Below, piece after piece: positions 46,961-59,017 of a stretch of DNA of 64,000 nt. The stretch is from an uncultured virus (IMG/VR IMGVR_UViG_3300031650_000001) (taxonomy: Duplodnaviria; Heunggongvirae; Uroviricota; Caudoviricetes). Under the pieces are notes generated by a model. That model was not told where the DNA came from, did not search any database, and saw nothing but the letters and a program-made list of their open reading frames with translations. Each line of letters opens with the position of its first letter. Within the stretch, counting starts at the first letter, position 1. The DNA is taken from IMG/VR virus record IMGVR_UViG_3300031650_000001; one strand, 5' to 3'. The position numbers and the translations under genes are program-made.

Positions 46961-49900
46961 ATGAAGCACACAGAACCAACCCCCCTCGCCGCCCTGCTCG
47001 CCGAGATCGCGCGCCGTCGGCGGATCCGGGCTCAGTACGAGCGGCCGCGTGGGGAGCAGATGGCGGAGACGGTACGGCCGGGGGTGAGAGCATGACCGAC
47101 CTTTCTTTCGACTGCACCAAGTGCGGCGCGGCAACCTCGATCGATCCGCGGGAGGACAGCCGCAACCCGTACAGCCTCAAGGCAAAGCAACTCGATCTCC
47201 GCCTCTGTTTCACGTGTGCATTCTGGCACGGATACGTGGCGACCAAGGCGGACCCAACGCATGCGATCATCAACGGTGAGCACTACGTCATCGGTCAGGA
47301 GCCGAATGCGGAAGCCCGGCGGCATGACGGCTTCATGCTCGGATTCGGCGGCCGCGAACACGTGATCCGTTTCCACGACGGGCGCCGCGTGGTCACGCAC
47401 AACCTGTGGTTCCAGGGAACGATCCCGGAACTGTGGCGCGCTGAGTTGCCTGACAACGCGGCGTTTGAGGTGCGATCATGAACCAGCCAACCTATTTACT
47501 CCCCAACGGCGCCCGCATCCGCACGCACGCCGAACTCGGTTCAACGCGCGGGATGATGATCGTCGACAAGCATCTGGCGGCGCGCGCCCCGAACTCCGTC
47601 GGCACAATCGTTGGCGTTGTCGGTGGCCACGGCGGGGACGTCTACTGGGTGGAGCACAGCATCGGTGGCGACGCTGCGGCGTACTGCTTCACCGAATTCG
47701 AACTGGAACCGCGGGTGGATCCGATATCCGAACTAGAGGCATGGATCGACGCACTGCCGCCCGGACGCCACGTTTCAATCAAGCGCGGTGCCATGCCGGG
47801 AGATGTACACGTCTTTCTGTACGATGACCGTGAGGGTGAGCACGGTGGATTCGGCACCGGCCGCGGGGTGATTCAAGCGGTTCGTGAGGCTCTCCGGTCC
47901 GGCCGGGTACAAGTTTCGACAGCAGAGGAGCCGCCGTTGTGACCCGCCCCGTCGCCGTCACCCCCGCCGGCATCACCTACCCAACCATCCGCTACCCGCG
48001 CTACCTCTCCGAGGTCCACCGCTGCGGCCTCACTGACGACGACGGCGTGCAGCTCTGCGTCCGCATGGCTGGCGAGTACGGCACCGAGTCGGTCGGCGCT
48101 CACTGGCACTGGCAGGTCGACGAGGTCTGGCTTGAGGTCGACGGTGAAAAACGCGAACCGAGTGCATCAGCCGAGCGTGCAGCGCGGTTTTACTGGGGAG
48201 CGCTGCCAGGGATGCCGGAGGCGCTGGCGCGGTGGGAGAAGGGGGCCAAGTGATCCGCCTCCGTCGCCCACGCCACGACCGCGTCACGCTCCGATGCGAA
48301 CGGTTTCGGCAGCAACAGGATGACCAACGCACGGAGTGGATCCGGAAGGGTGCTCACAGCCAAGGATTTGCTGACGGCCGACGCAGCGAACTTGCCCGCC
48401 ACAGCCGCATCCTCGACACCTCGGGACCGCCCGGCGTGCACGTGTTCTGCCCTCAGCCACCACCGAAACAGACGGTGATGTACATGCTGATACCGGAGCG
48501 CGTGCGGCTCCAGATGGTGGGCGGGCCTATCTCCGAAATCGATGGCGGCCAAGTCGTCCGAATCGAGGCCGAGCAGCACCGCTTTCGGTTCGCTACCAGG
48601 AACGAATTCGAATTCGTCAAGTTGGCCTACTGGACGTGGAGGCCGGTACTGTGACCCACTACGCCGACCCCTCCGCCCGCAACTCTGACGAGCCCCGCTG
48701 CCACTACTGCGGCCGCCGGTGGAGCGAGACGCAACTCGACCCGGACCCGGACCGACCGCGGAATGTCGAGCGGTATGTGTGCGAGGAGTGCGCGGAGGAA
48801 CGCGAACTCGAACGGGCGGACACGTTGCCCCCTGGGGAGGTGTTGTGATGCTCGGTTTTCACTGCGATTGCTCGTGCGACATCGACTACAACCGCGTGGA
48901 AAGCTCCCGCGTTGTCCGCGCCAGAAAGCGTCATCAGTGCGAGGAATGCGCCTGCACGATTCAACCCGGTGAGCGTTACGAACGGTTCAAGGGTATCAGC
49001 TACGACGGCGAAGCGTTCAGTTTCGCGACTTGTCTTGGGTGCCGCGGCGTCCGTCGGCACTTCTGCAGATACGGGTCAATCATCGGTCAACTCGCCGAGC
49101 AGGTCCGCGAGTGCCTCGGGTTCGACTACCGCGACGACCCGTCCGAGTGGGACCAGGACGAGGTCGACGAAGAGGACGAGGACAATCGGCGCATGCTGGC
49201 ACAACGGAAGACCGCGGACACGGTGCCGCCGGAGAACCCATGACCCGACCACTCCCCAAAGCCGGCGACACCATCAACTGCGATCCGAACCGCGACGATC
49301 CCGAATGTCCTTGGCGCTGGACGAACGTGAACCGGAAAAGCGGGAAGGTGGTGAAGGTGTTCAAGGACGGGGACTACACCCTGATCGTCTACCGTGTGTG
49401 GAGCCGACGCCGCGGATGGCGCTACTTCATCGAGGATCACATCTGGTGGGAGACCATGACGTCGTGGGCGATCGGGCCGTTGCCGAAACCGCCGAAGGAG
49501 TCCCACCCATGACCCGCCGCTGCCCAATCTGCAACCGCCCAATCGGCTACGAGACCGCCGACGCATGCAGCCCGGCGTGCGAGCGGACGGCGAAACTGAT
49601 TGCGGAGTTGCGGGCGGAACTGGCGAAAGCAAAGGCAACGATCGACGCGCTGGAAGCTGAGATCGATGAGTACGCGGAGTGAAGGGAGAGGACGATGCTG
49701 ACAGGACTACCACCGCTGACCGCGGACGAACACCAACTGGCATGGGGGACACTGGAGACGGTGCGCCTCAAGGTTGACGGTAAATGGGAGGATACGTTCA
49801 CAGATGGTTGGACGTTGGTTGCTGTCGCTGATGAGGGCGACCTCCTCTGGGTCCGCCGCAAAGACGGGCGGCCGATGGTGCCCGTGGACCAGGAACTGAT

Positions 49901-52900
49901 CGGGCTGCGTCAGCGGGTGGCCGAGTTGGAATGGCTACTGAAGGATGCCACCAAGGGAGCGGACCATGGTTGACCTGGACGAAGGGGAGCGAATGGCCTC
50001 GGTGCTGCTAGCCGATCCGTGGCGTCCAATTGTCCAGAGCGACAACTCGATCGCACTGATCAACTTCTCGCGCGACTGCACCGAAGCGCAGGCCAGGGCG
50101 TTCATTGATGCGATGCGAGTCACTGTCAACAACGCCCCCGCCCTCATTGCCGAACTCCGCGCCGCACGCGAGCGCATCGCAACGCTTGAGGGTCTACTGC
50201 AAGCCCACGGAATCGAGGAGGGACCATGACTGACACCAAACTCATCCCAGAAGCAGAAATGCCGCACACCCGGTTGGAGTTGCGGTGGCACAAGACAGAC
50301 GACCCCGAGTGGCGATGGCGCTGTGATTACAACTTGGTCATCGAACTCTGGGACCTCGACATTCGTGGAGAGGTGTACAACGACGACGATGAACTGTTGC
50401 GGCGCGAGAAAGAGAAGTGCGTCAACCTGGGGAGCACCAAGTCCGACGGAGGTCACGACCGATTGGACCTGCGGAATCAGCGCATCCACGAGCCATTTCG
50501 AGACGGTGCCCACATCCAATGGGACAACCATCGACTAGGCGGGCACCTGCCCATGTTCGTGGTGTGCGGTGGGTACGCGATGGCGTTGCCGATGCGTTCT
50601 GAGTCCGCGCCGGAAGACGAGACGCGCGACGACGAAGAGAACTAGCGAGGGACCATGAGCATCAAAGACTTCTGCCGCGAACTGCTCGCCGACCCAGACG
50701 CGAAAGCAGCCGTGAGCGTCTCTGCCGGCTCCCTGCTGGACAACGGCCTCTGGCCTCGGGATCGCCTGTCTGAGATGTCCTACCGGCTGGAGGGTGCGGC
50801 CTGCTACGCCTACCACGTCAATGCATGGGACATCGGCGACAAGCTGGCGGACTTCTCCAAACGCGCGTTGCGGTTGATGCGGACGGACGGAGACCCCAAT
50901 GCCTGACCCGTTCAAGCGTTGCGCCTGCGGCCGGTCCTACACGCTGGACCAGTGGCGTCAGTTGCCCATCTGCGGACTCGGTCAGGGCCTCGACGACGCG
51001 CACCCGCTCAGCCAGAGGCACTGCCGCTGCGGGTCAACGATCGCGGTGACTGTGGACCCGGACGCGAACTGGGCGCGGGATGAACTGATGGCAGTGATCG
51101 GGGATGAACACTGGGAGCATTTGACGGACAACAGAGAAGCGGAGGATTTGTGATGGACATCATGACAGCATGTGCGATGGGTGAAGCACACCGCAACGAA
51201 CGCATGCGCACATTCGACTGGAACGAGGCTGCCCGGATTCTGCGGGAACGTAACCCCGCGGAAGCAGAAGCCGGGTTGCAGTCGGATCTGGAGTGGACTT
51301 GCGGGACTATCTGGCGCGACGGACAGCCCGTTACCGACTCCTATACGTACTTGGCATCCACCTGGGCGACCCCGGTGCTGGTGATCGATGATGAGGAAAT
51401 CGAGTGCTGGTGCTGGGCCGATGAACGCGAATTCAATGCGGATACGAAATGGCCTGAATCGGCGCGGGCGATTCTGAGTGAGGACCCGGGAGACAACAGA
51501 GAGGAGTGGGACCTGTGAGTTGCACGACACTTTACGCGGTAATGCCTGACAACGACGGCGAGTTCACGGAGGCCGGCGAGTACCGCAACAGCTACGGGAG
51601 CGCCGTGTTCATCTGGCACGCGCTGCTTGACACCTACAAGCGGGGCATACTCAACGGTCGTCCACTGATGGGAGATCCCGGCGTCGGGTGGGATCCGTCA
51701 GCGGTTGACCGTTTTTCAGCGTATGACCTTCTGTGGAAATACGACAGCAAGGGTGGCGAATTGCAACCGTGGGAACGCAACGCGCTCAAGTCCACATATG
51801 ACAACGCGCTGCTGCCTCGCGCCGGCATGCTCACCATGGCAGACAGCCTGGAACGGTTCGCCGCGGCGCATCATACGGGTAAGCGACTGCACGGCGTGTG
51901 TTCCCTGCGTGAACAGGCGGCGACACTGCGCGAGATTCACGCTAAGGGGGCATTGGCCGCGGCTTGGAATCAGACCAGCTGCAGCGAGTTCTGGGGAGAC
52001 GGAACTTACGAAGACGACGAAGACGAAACGTCCACACCATACAGCATCGACCGCGACGACAAGCACTGGGAGATCGCGGTGTTGCCGTTGGACGGTGAGC
52101 AATCATGACCACCATCGACTACGCGCCCAACGACGCGCATTCAATCGTACACCACGAGCCATATTGTGTAAGCCAGGTGCGTAACGGGCAGGGACAAACC
52201 GTCTCGGTTGTTGGTACCTGCGGCGGCGTCTGGCAGTGCTGCATGTGCGGCCGCCTCTTCGGCTACTGCCACGGCGCGCACCTGAGCGACGACACCGACG
52301 AGGAGAACGAGGCGTGTGACGATTGCTGGTCACTCATGAAAGCGACGGTGCCGGAATGACCCGCCTCGGCACCTGGCTCGTTCGCGGCTCCCTCGGCGAG
52401 ACGCCGGCCAGCGTGATGCGGCGAACGACTACCGGGCTTAGGTCAGTGGGTTCTGCTACCCGTGAGGATGCGGTATCGGCGCCCTTGGGTTCCGACACAG
52501 ACGCGCCCACTGACCGGCCCGACCCTATCCCGCCGCAAGTCTACAACCCGGGACCACTCGACGACGCGCACCGGGAATACGCCGGAGCAGAACTCGACGC
52601 CCTCATCGGCGCATACAACCGGGGCCGGATGATCGCGGTCGCGGTGAGAGAGACCACAGGGAACAACTAGGAGGCACCATGGGAAACGATTCCGCCCACA
52701 GTCTGGGCACCGTGCGAGTGAAGCGCGACACCGGCAAGGCTTTGCTGGTCGACTACGAAGACCTCGGTTTTGAGGGTTGGGTGCCTCACTCGGTCATCCA
52801 CGACGACTCGGAAGTGTTCGACGCCGACCAGAACTCCGAGGGCGATCTCATCGTCAAGCAATGGTGGGCAGAGGCAAACGACCTGCTTTAGGAGGCACCA

Positions 52901-53126
52901 CATGGACAGCACATTGACCGAAGCCGCAAAGGCACTCGCGCGAATCCAGCGAATCGAGACCACGTACGCGAACCGTCTCACGAGACTGGACGCGGAGCGG
53001 GCCAAGAACATCACCGCGATCCTTGCCGGCGTCAGCAGCACCAAGGTACTCGACGTGATCCGCGTTGAGGACCCCCTGATCGTCACCGAGTTCGGGCCGG
53101 TGAGCGATGACGGGGAGGAGTACTGA
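46961..53126 (+). other. Rightward early cluster of about 20 small hypothetical ORFs, many with Zn-ribbon motifs
   Basis: Examples: 47092-47481, 47478-47942, 47939-48253, 48848-49243, 50226-50645, 51150-51518, 51515-52108, 52679-52891. GGAGG RBS and coupled overlaps. Confidence 0.65.
52425..52531 (+). ncRNA. Candidate structured RNA, copy 2
   Basis: Same 5' block and closing stem as copy 1; GTGA tetraloop; shorter variable hairpin. Confidence 0.55.
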
Positions 53127-54160
53127 TGGACCAGCCAGCAGTCAACGACGGACCGCGGAAAGCCGACCGTACCACCGAGGTCACTCACTTTCACGAAGCC
53201 GCCGAGTGGACGGGTCTCCGGATCACGGACTACGCTGCATGGTTGCACGCGCGCCGCGGCATTGTCACCGCGAGCCGGAGTGCTGCCCTGCTTGGCGAGT
53301 CACCCTTTGGTGATCCGCTCAGCGTCTACGCCGACATGGTGGCGCCGCAGCCCGTACCGGAACACGACGATCTAGCACTCGATGACCCGCGCACATGGGG
53401 CAACGTTTTGGAGGAGCCGATCGCGCGCAAGGCCGCCGACTACTACCACTGGCAGATCATGATGGGTGGCGCCCTGCTCGTGTCCCGAAAGCATCCTCAC
53501 CTCGGAGCGACCCTTGACGCGGAGATCTTGCCAGAGGGATCCGACGGTTGGCTCGTCTACGAAGGCAAGACGACAAACGCTTGGCGCGCGCGGGATTGGG
53601 ACGAAGCGAACGGTGTTCCGCCGACTCACATTCTGATCCAGGCGCAGCACCAACTCCTGGTGACTCAGGCTCCGGGCTGCGTGCTGTTCTGCCTCGCTGG
53701 CGGACAGAAACCGATCCGGGTCGACGTCGAGCCGGACGCGGAATTTCACGCGATGCTGATCGAAACCGTGGACGCATTCCTTGGCCGTGTCGTGGACTTA
53801 GACCCACCGCCCGCGACTGCGATCAGCGGTCCCGCTCTGAAGCAACTCCACCCGGAGGACGACGGCAGCACGGTCGCGCTCCCGGCCGATGCCGTCGAGT
53901 GGACCCGCGAACTCAACGCCATTGCTGAGCAGGTCAAGACACTCGACATGCGCGAGAAGGAACTCAAGAACCTACTGCGCCAGAGCATCGGGGACGCGCA
54001 GTATGGCGAGCTACCCGAAGAGGTTGCGGGCAAGGCGCGCTGGAAGTGGGGAACGACCCACGTTGCCGAGCGCACCCAACACGTCAACGCCTACACCATG
54101 CGCGCGTTGCGTTTGGTCAAGGCGGCGAAGGAAACGAAACAACGGAGGCGCGGTGGATGA
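53126..54160 (+). CDS. YqaJ-like viral recombinase exonuclease
   Basis: WLHARRGIVTASRSAALLG, WGNVLEEPIA, LGATLDA, YEGKTT, QAQHQLLVT. Confidence 0.9.
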   Translation: MDQPAVNDGPRKADRTTEVTHFHEAAEWTGLRITDYAAWLHARRGIVTASRSAALLGESPFGDPLSVYADMVAPQPVPEHDDLALDDPRTWGNVLEEPIARKAADYYHWQIMMGGALLVSRKHPHLGATLDAEILPEGSDGWLVYEGKTTNAWRARDWDEANGVPPTHILIQAQHQLLVTQAPGCVLFCLAGGQKPIRVDVEPDAEFHAMLIETVDAFLGRVVDLDPPPATAISGPALKQLHPEDDGSTVALPADAVEWTRELNAIAEQVKTLDMREKELKNLLRQSIGDAQYGELPEEVAGKARWKWGTTHVAERTQHVNAYTMRALRLVKAAKETKQRRRGG

Positions 54161-54335
54161 GCACACCGGCGTACGGAATCAAACACTGGTGGCGCGCGGA
54201 ACGGCGCGAAGGCGAAAGTCTGAAAGCATTCGCGCGCCGCTTTCTCCACCGACAACGACCCGGCTCCACTGAAATCAAAGGGACAGCGAACATCTGGCTA
54301 GCCCGCAAGGCAGCCCAAAAACGGAGGCACCGAGT

Positions 54336-55289
54336 ATGACCCAAGCAGAAAACAACGCATCGATCGTGAAAGAGAACTTTGGCAGCACCGAACTGGAGGT
54401 GCGGCACGAGACCGCCGCCGGTGCGGTTGCCGCCCGTGCACGCGCCGAAGTCGAGGCCCGTTTCATCATGGCGATCAAGCGGCCGCGAAACATGGACGTG
54501 GTCCGCACCCGACTCCTGCATGAGTGCGAGCGCCCGGGGTTCGCGGAGGCTGCCCGGTATCACAAGCCGGTCGGCAACGGAATCGAGGGCCCGTCGATCC
54601 GATTCGCGGAAGCCGCGATCCGGAACATGACCAACCTCGATGTCCAGTCACACACGACGTACGACGATCCGACCAAGCAGATCCTGTGCGTCACCGTGAC
54701 CGACCTCGAATCCAACGCGACCTACTCGCAGGACGTCACGGTGCAGAAGACGGTCGAGCGCAACTCACTCGGGCGCGGGCAGAAGCCGCTCGGTCAGCGC
54801 ACGAACTCGCGCGGTCAAACCGTCTACATCGTGCCAGCCACCGACGATGACATCCTGAACAAGACCAATGCGCTGATCTCCAAGGCGGTTCGCACGCTGG
54901 GGCTCCGACACCTTCCTGGTGACATCCTCGACGAGTGCATGGATCGGTGCATCGCCGTCACGAAGAAACGCGCCAAGGACGACCCCGATCGGGAGCGCCT
55001 CAATCTGATCGATGCGTTCTTCGGAATCGGTGTCGAGCCTGACCAACTCGCGCGCTACATCGGCCACGACCCGAAGCACCTGAACGAGTCGGAGCTACTG
55101 GAACTCCGCGCCGTCTACGCCACTGTGAAGCAGGGCGAGGCAACATGGGCGGAACTCCTGGAGCACAAGACCGGAACGCCAGTTGATGCCGCGGACAACG
55201 AGGCCGAAGCCAAGCGCCGCAGCGCAACGGCGGCCCTCGTCGAGAAGCAGAAGGCAAAGCAGGCGGAGAAGTCCAAGGGCAAGGACTGA
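54336..55289 (+). CDS. Putative single-strand annealing recombinase (YqaJ partner)
   Basis: AEVEARFIMAIKRPRN...IEGPSIRFAE; adjacent to the exonuclease gene. Confidence 0.6.
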   Translation: MTQAENNASIVKENFGSTELEVRHETAAGAVAARARAEVEARFIMAIKRPRNMDVVRTRLLHECERPGFAEAARYHKPVGNGIEGPSIRFAEAAIRNMTNLDVQSHTTYDDPTKQILCVTVTDLESNATYSQDVTVQKTVERNSLGRGQKPLGQRTNSRGQTVYIVPATDDDILNKTNALISKAVRTLGLRHLPGDILDECMDRCIAVTKKRAKDDPDRERLNLIDAFFGIGVEPDQLARYIGHDPKHLNESELLELRAVYATVKQGEATWAELLEHKTGTPVDAADNEAEAKRRSATAALVEKQKAKQAEKSKGKD

Positions 55290-55407
55290 CCCATCCCCCC
55301 AACGTCGACCCGTTCGCCGCTGGGGGTCGGGGCCGTGCCTGGTGCCTCCACACCAAAATCTGTGCGCGGCTCCGACCCCTGCCGGTGAGCAGGTAAGGAG
55401 GCATCAA

Positions 55408-56115
55408 ATGGAAACGTATTGGAATCTGAGTGAGAAGCAGCGATCCGAGTTGGATCACGACGGAGTGGAGCGCTACATCGACGCCGAGTTGATGAGCAAG
55501 GGTTGCCTGCGAGTGGAGCCCCTGAAGTTGGAGGACGTGCCGCCGATTCCGGAGCACGAGACGCGGCGGTACTTTGCGATCAAGGATGCATCGTACATGC
55601 GCAACGATCTGCTTTTCGATACGCTGGAGGCAGCGGAAGCCGTCATCGCTGCGCATCCGTCGCGGCTCTCGACTGAATACCTCGGTGGTAGCTATGGACG
55701 CGGCGAAGCGGTCGAATATGCAACCTCGCCAGGGGCGCTAAAGATCGAGACGATCGAGTTGCCGGACGCCGCCACGTTCTCGGTGATGAAGTCGCATTAC
55801 GAGGCCAACGCAGCCACGATTCAAACCAACAAGGATCGCACCGACGAGTACAGCAAGGCACTCGCAACCCAGACCGAAGCCCTTGAAGGTCTCTGGGAAG
55901 ATTGGCAGCAGTGTCGCGAGTTGGGTGCCAAACACACCAAGATCCGGGACACGTTCCGGCGTTACACCGAGATCGCCAACGGTGACGAAGCGGTGGCGCG
56001 CAAGTTCCTGATTCAGGCCACCGACACCCTCGCGGTGGAGGCAGCCGAAGCCTGGTTCGGTGAGGAGTTCGGCCCGCACTTTGAGGAATCGGACTCCGAG
56101 GAGCACGCATCATGA
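55408..56115 (+). CDS. Hypothetical protein
   Basis: TAAGGAGG RBS; 235 aa. Confidence 0.65.
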   Translation: METYWNLSEKQRSELDHDGVERYIDAELMSKGCLRVEPLKLEDVPPIPEHETRRYFAIKDASYMRNDLLFDTLEAAEAVIAAHPSRLSTEYLGGSYGRGEAVEYATSPGALKIETIELPDAATFSVMKSHYEANAATIQTNKDRTDEYSKALATQTEALEGLWEDWQQCRELGAKHTKIRDTFRRYTEIANGDEAVARKFLIQATDTLAVEAAEAWFGEEFGPHFEESDSEEHAS

Positions 56116-57206
56116 GACCCGAGCAGCCGGAGGCGGGAACAACCGCCCGCATCTACACCGCGAGCAAGAGCAAGCACGGTGCGATGTGGAGACGGTACCG
56201 CGATGCCGGTGAGCCTATCATCAGTACATGGATCGATGAGTCGGAGCCTGGCCAAACAACGGACTGGGCCGACCTCTGGACGCGCGCCGTTCGGGAGGCG
56301 TCGACTTGCACAGCGTTGATTTGGCATCGCCGCGACGGTGAAATTCACAAGGGAGCATTCGTCGAGGTCGGTGCCGCACTCGCCCATGGGAAGCCGGTTC
56401 TCTATGACGGCCCCAACGATCTGGCAGTGCTGAACCATCCTCTCGTGATTCAGTGTTCCGACTTGATCGCGGCTTTCAACCTCGCGCGGGGCACCGTGGG
56501 CAACCCGAAGCCCGGGCAACCGGAGGCGGACGGGGAGGCGTGCCCCGAATGCTGCGGCAAGGGACTCCGCGGTTTTGGCCAACCCGGGATCGGCAAGTGC
56601 CCAGACTGCAACGGCACCGGCAAGCGCACCCCGAACGAGCCGAAGCTTGACGACATGACCGATGCTGAGTGTGATTCCGAACTGCGAGCAATTGGAGTGG
56701 ATCCGGGGGAGGTCAAGGTTCGCGGTCGAGTGTTCGCAGACACGCTGAAAGAGAATGCACGGCTGCGCGCCGAGGTTGCAGCGAAGCCCGCGGACGAACG
56801 GCTGCGCGAGGCGGTGGAGCGCATGAACCAAGCATGTGTCAGTATGGCTGAGTGTGCGGCTTATGAGTACACCGGAGGCAGCGTTGAGGTGTTGCACCGT
56901 GTGTTGCCCGAGTACAAGCTCAGGGAATTGATAGAGGCATGGCAATTGCTCCGTGCTGCCCTCGCGGACACTCCGGAACCCACACGAGACGAACGGCTGC
57001 GGGAGGCGGTGGGGAATTTGCTCTCTGTGCTCGACGAGAACCTACACCGCGGCGCCGGTCACGCGCACTGGGATTACACTATGTCACATGGTGCCGGATG
57101 CGCGACGTGCCAAGCGCAGCGTGAAGGGAGAACAGCGATTGAGAAAGCTAGGCGGACTGTAGACGCTGCCCTCGCGGACACGGGCGGGAAGGACGGTGGG
57201 AAGTGA
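56112..57206 (+). CDS. Mosaic protein with nucleoside-deoxyribosyltransferase-like N-domain, Zn finger and repeats
   Basis: IYTAS...STWIDE...KGAFVEVGAALAHGKPV; CPECCGKG/CPDCNGTG; two DERLREAV repeats. Confidence 0.6.
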   Translation: MRPEQPEAGTTARIYTASKSKHGAMWRRYRDAGEPIISTWIDESEPGQTTDWADLWTRAVREASTCTALIWHRRDGEIHKGAFVEVGAALAHGKPVLYDGPNDLAVLNHPLVIQCSDLIAAFNLARGTVGNPKPGQPEADGEACPECCGKGLRGFGQPGIGKCPDCNGTGKRTPNEPKLDDMTDAECDSELRAIGVDPGEVKVRGRVFADTLKENARLRAEVAAKPADERLREAVERMNQACVSMAECAAYEYTGGSVEVLHRVLPEYKLRELIEAWQLLRAALADTPEPTRDERLREAVGNLLSVLDENLHRGAGHAHWDYTMSHGAGCATCQAQREGRTAIEKARRTVDAALADTGGKDGGK

Positions 57207-57617
57207 AGCACAAGGGACTGCATCAGTTCCGCTTTCGTGACAACCCGCGCGAGCGTAGGTTTGCGGATGAGTGGAATCGTCAGAACGAAGTATTCCGCAC
57301 GCTTGATTACTTACTCGGTGACGGGCTCAACCCGGCGGAACCTTCGACACGCGATCGGCTGGTTGCTGCTACTGTGATCCAGTGGCTAGGCAGTCCGGTC
57401 GGCGCTTGCTTCTTGCGAGATGTGTTGGCCGAGGGAAAAGATGGTGGGAAATGAAGCGGATTGATCCTGAGATTCTTGCCATGCGTGCGATTGCCAGAGT
57501 CCTGCGCCACCTTGACCGTGAAGCCCAGCGGCGCGTGGTGCGGTGGGTAGTCGCTCGATTCAACGGAGGTGGATTCACCGATCCGGAAGCAACCCCAACC
57601 GAAGGGAACGACGACGC

Positions 57618-57803
57618 ATGAAAAAAACCGAAACGAAACGCCCGCGGCTAGAGCACTGCCCGTTCTGCGGCAAGGTGGAGCACCTGGAGATCACCCGCCC
57701 CGCGCTATCATTCGCGGTAGCCTGCTACTCGTGCGGCTGCGAGGGCCCGATCTCGAACACTGCCGCCGGCGCACGCAGGGCGTGGAATCGGAGGGCGAGA
57801 TGA
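57618..57803 (+). CDS. Lar-family (restriction alleviation-like) Zn protein
   Basis: LEHCPFCG...CYSCGCEGP...ARRAWNRRA. Confidence 0.75.
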   Translation: MKKTETKRPRLEHCPFCGKVEHLEITRPALSFAVACYSCGCEGPISNTAAGARRAWNRRAR

Positions 57804-58493
57804 CTGATTCCAAGGTGAGGCCGGCGGCAGAGGTTGCCGCGGACTTGGGACGCTCACGGAGACTCGACGTTGATTCCCACGCCGTCAGTACCCTGCAACG
57901 CTGGTCAGATGCCGTCCGCGCAGAGGCCGACGCTGCGGGGTATCAGCGAGCGGTGAGGGACTGCACCGACTTGTGTGATCAGATTGCATGCGGGTCCAAA
58001 CTGAATACCGGAGAGCGACACATCGCCGGGCGCTGTGCTGAGTTGATTCGCGCCCGGTTCGGGGATGGGAGCAAGGGCGATGACTGACCACCTGACGGAC
58101 GCCGCGCTGGCCGAGGGGGAGGGGTTGCTGCGGAATCTGCACGCGGCGGAGTGTACGTTGAGCCTCGACGACGACCCGTGGGCAGTCGCGTGGCACGTGT
58201 GGCGCGAATGGATGACCGCATACTCACCCGCCCTCATCGCCGAAGTCCGCCGGCTGCGGGAGCGGGTCGCGGAGTTGGAAGACCGGAGGAAACCGTGACG
58301 TTTTCAGACCAGTTGCACGCTATCGTCGCACGCCGTCTCCGAAACTTGATGCGTCATCAGGAGCGGTACGTCTCCGCATGGATCGCCGCCACCGGGGTCC
58401 ACCCCTGTGACGCCGTACTTTGCCACCGGACCGAGATGCGCGGAACCACAATGGTGGACACGTTTTGGGTGGAAAGGTTGGAGACACAAACGC

Positions 58494-58526
58494 AAAAACC
58501 CCGCCAGTCCGAAGACCAGCGGGGTC
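58494..58526 (-). terminator. Intrinsic terminator between the convergent arms
   Basis: ACCCCGC...GCGGGGT hairpin followed by TTTTT on the minus strand. Confidence 0.6.
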
Positions 58527-58552
58527 GTTGATGCGGGGCAATGTGAGGGCGG

Positions 58553-59017
58553 CTAGCGATTGTGCATCGGAGCCGCTTGCGCCGGCGGTGACTCAGCCGC
58601 CATCGTGATCGCGTACGTTGCCGCAGCCGTTCCGATCATGGCGCCGAGGACGATCCCGATCGTGCGCGCCGTCGTCGAATCGAGCCAGCGATGCCGGCGC
58701 GATCGTGGTGCCAGCGAGTGTCCGTCGGAGTCATTGCGCAGGGCCCGCTTCATGGCATCGATCCGTTGCTGCTCGGTGATCGCCTCGCGCCGTTGCGTGT
58801 TGTCCGGGTCGTGGTTGATTGTGCACCGGGTTTCGAGGACCCCAAGCCGCTCCTTGACGCCCTTGTATCCGGGCCCGCCGTTGATCTCCAGCCGGATTTC
58901 CTTGGCTACTTTGTGCGCCGCGGCGGCAGCGTTGGCGGCATCCTGGGCGGCCTTGAGCGTTGGAGCAACGGCGGACTCGATCAATCCCGTGAACTCTTGG
59001 CGATCGGCTGGGTTCAT
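58553..59017 (-). CDS. Membrane protein with C-terminal TM helix (holin-associated candidate)
   Basis: Coiled coil then TIGIVLGAMIGTAAATYAITM; directly after the endolysin gene. Confidence 0.55.
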   Translation of the reverse strand: MNPADRQEFTGLIESAVAPTLKAAQDAANAAAAAHKVAKEIRLEINGGPGYKGVKERLGVLETRCTINHDPDNTQRREAITEQQRIDAMKRALRNDSDGHSLAPRSRRHRWLDSTTARTIGIVLGAMIGTAAATYAITMAAESPPAQAAPMHNR

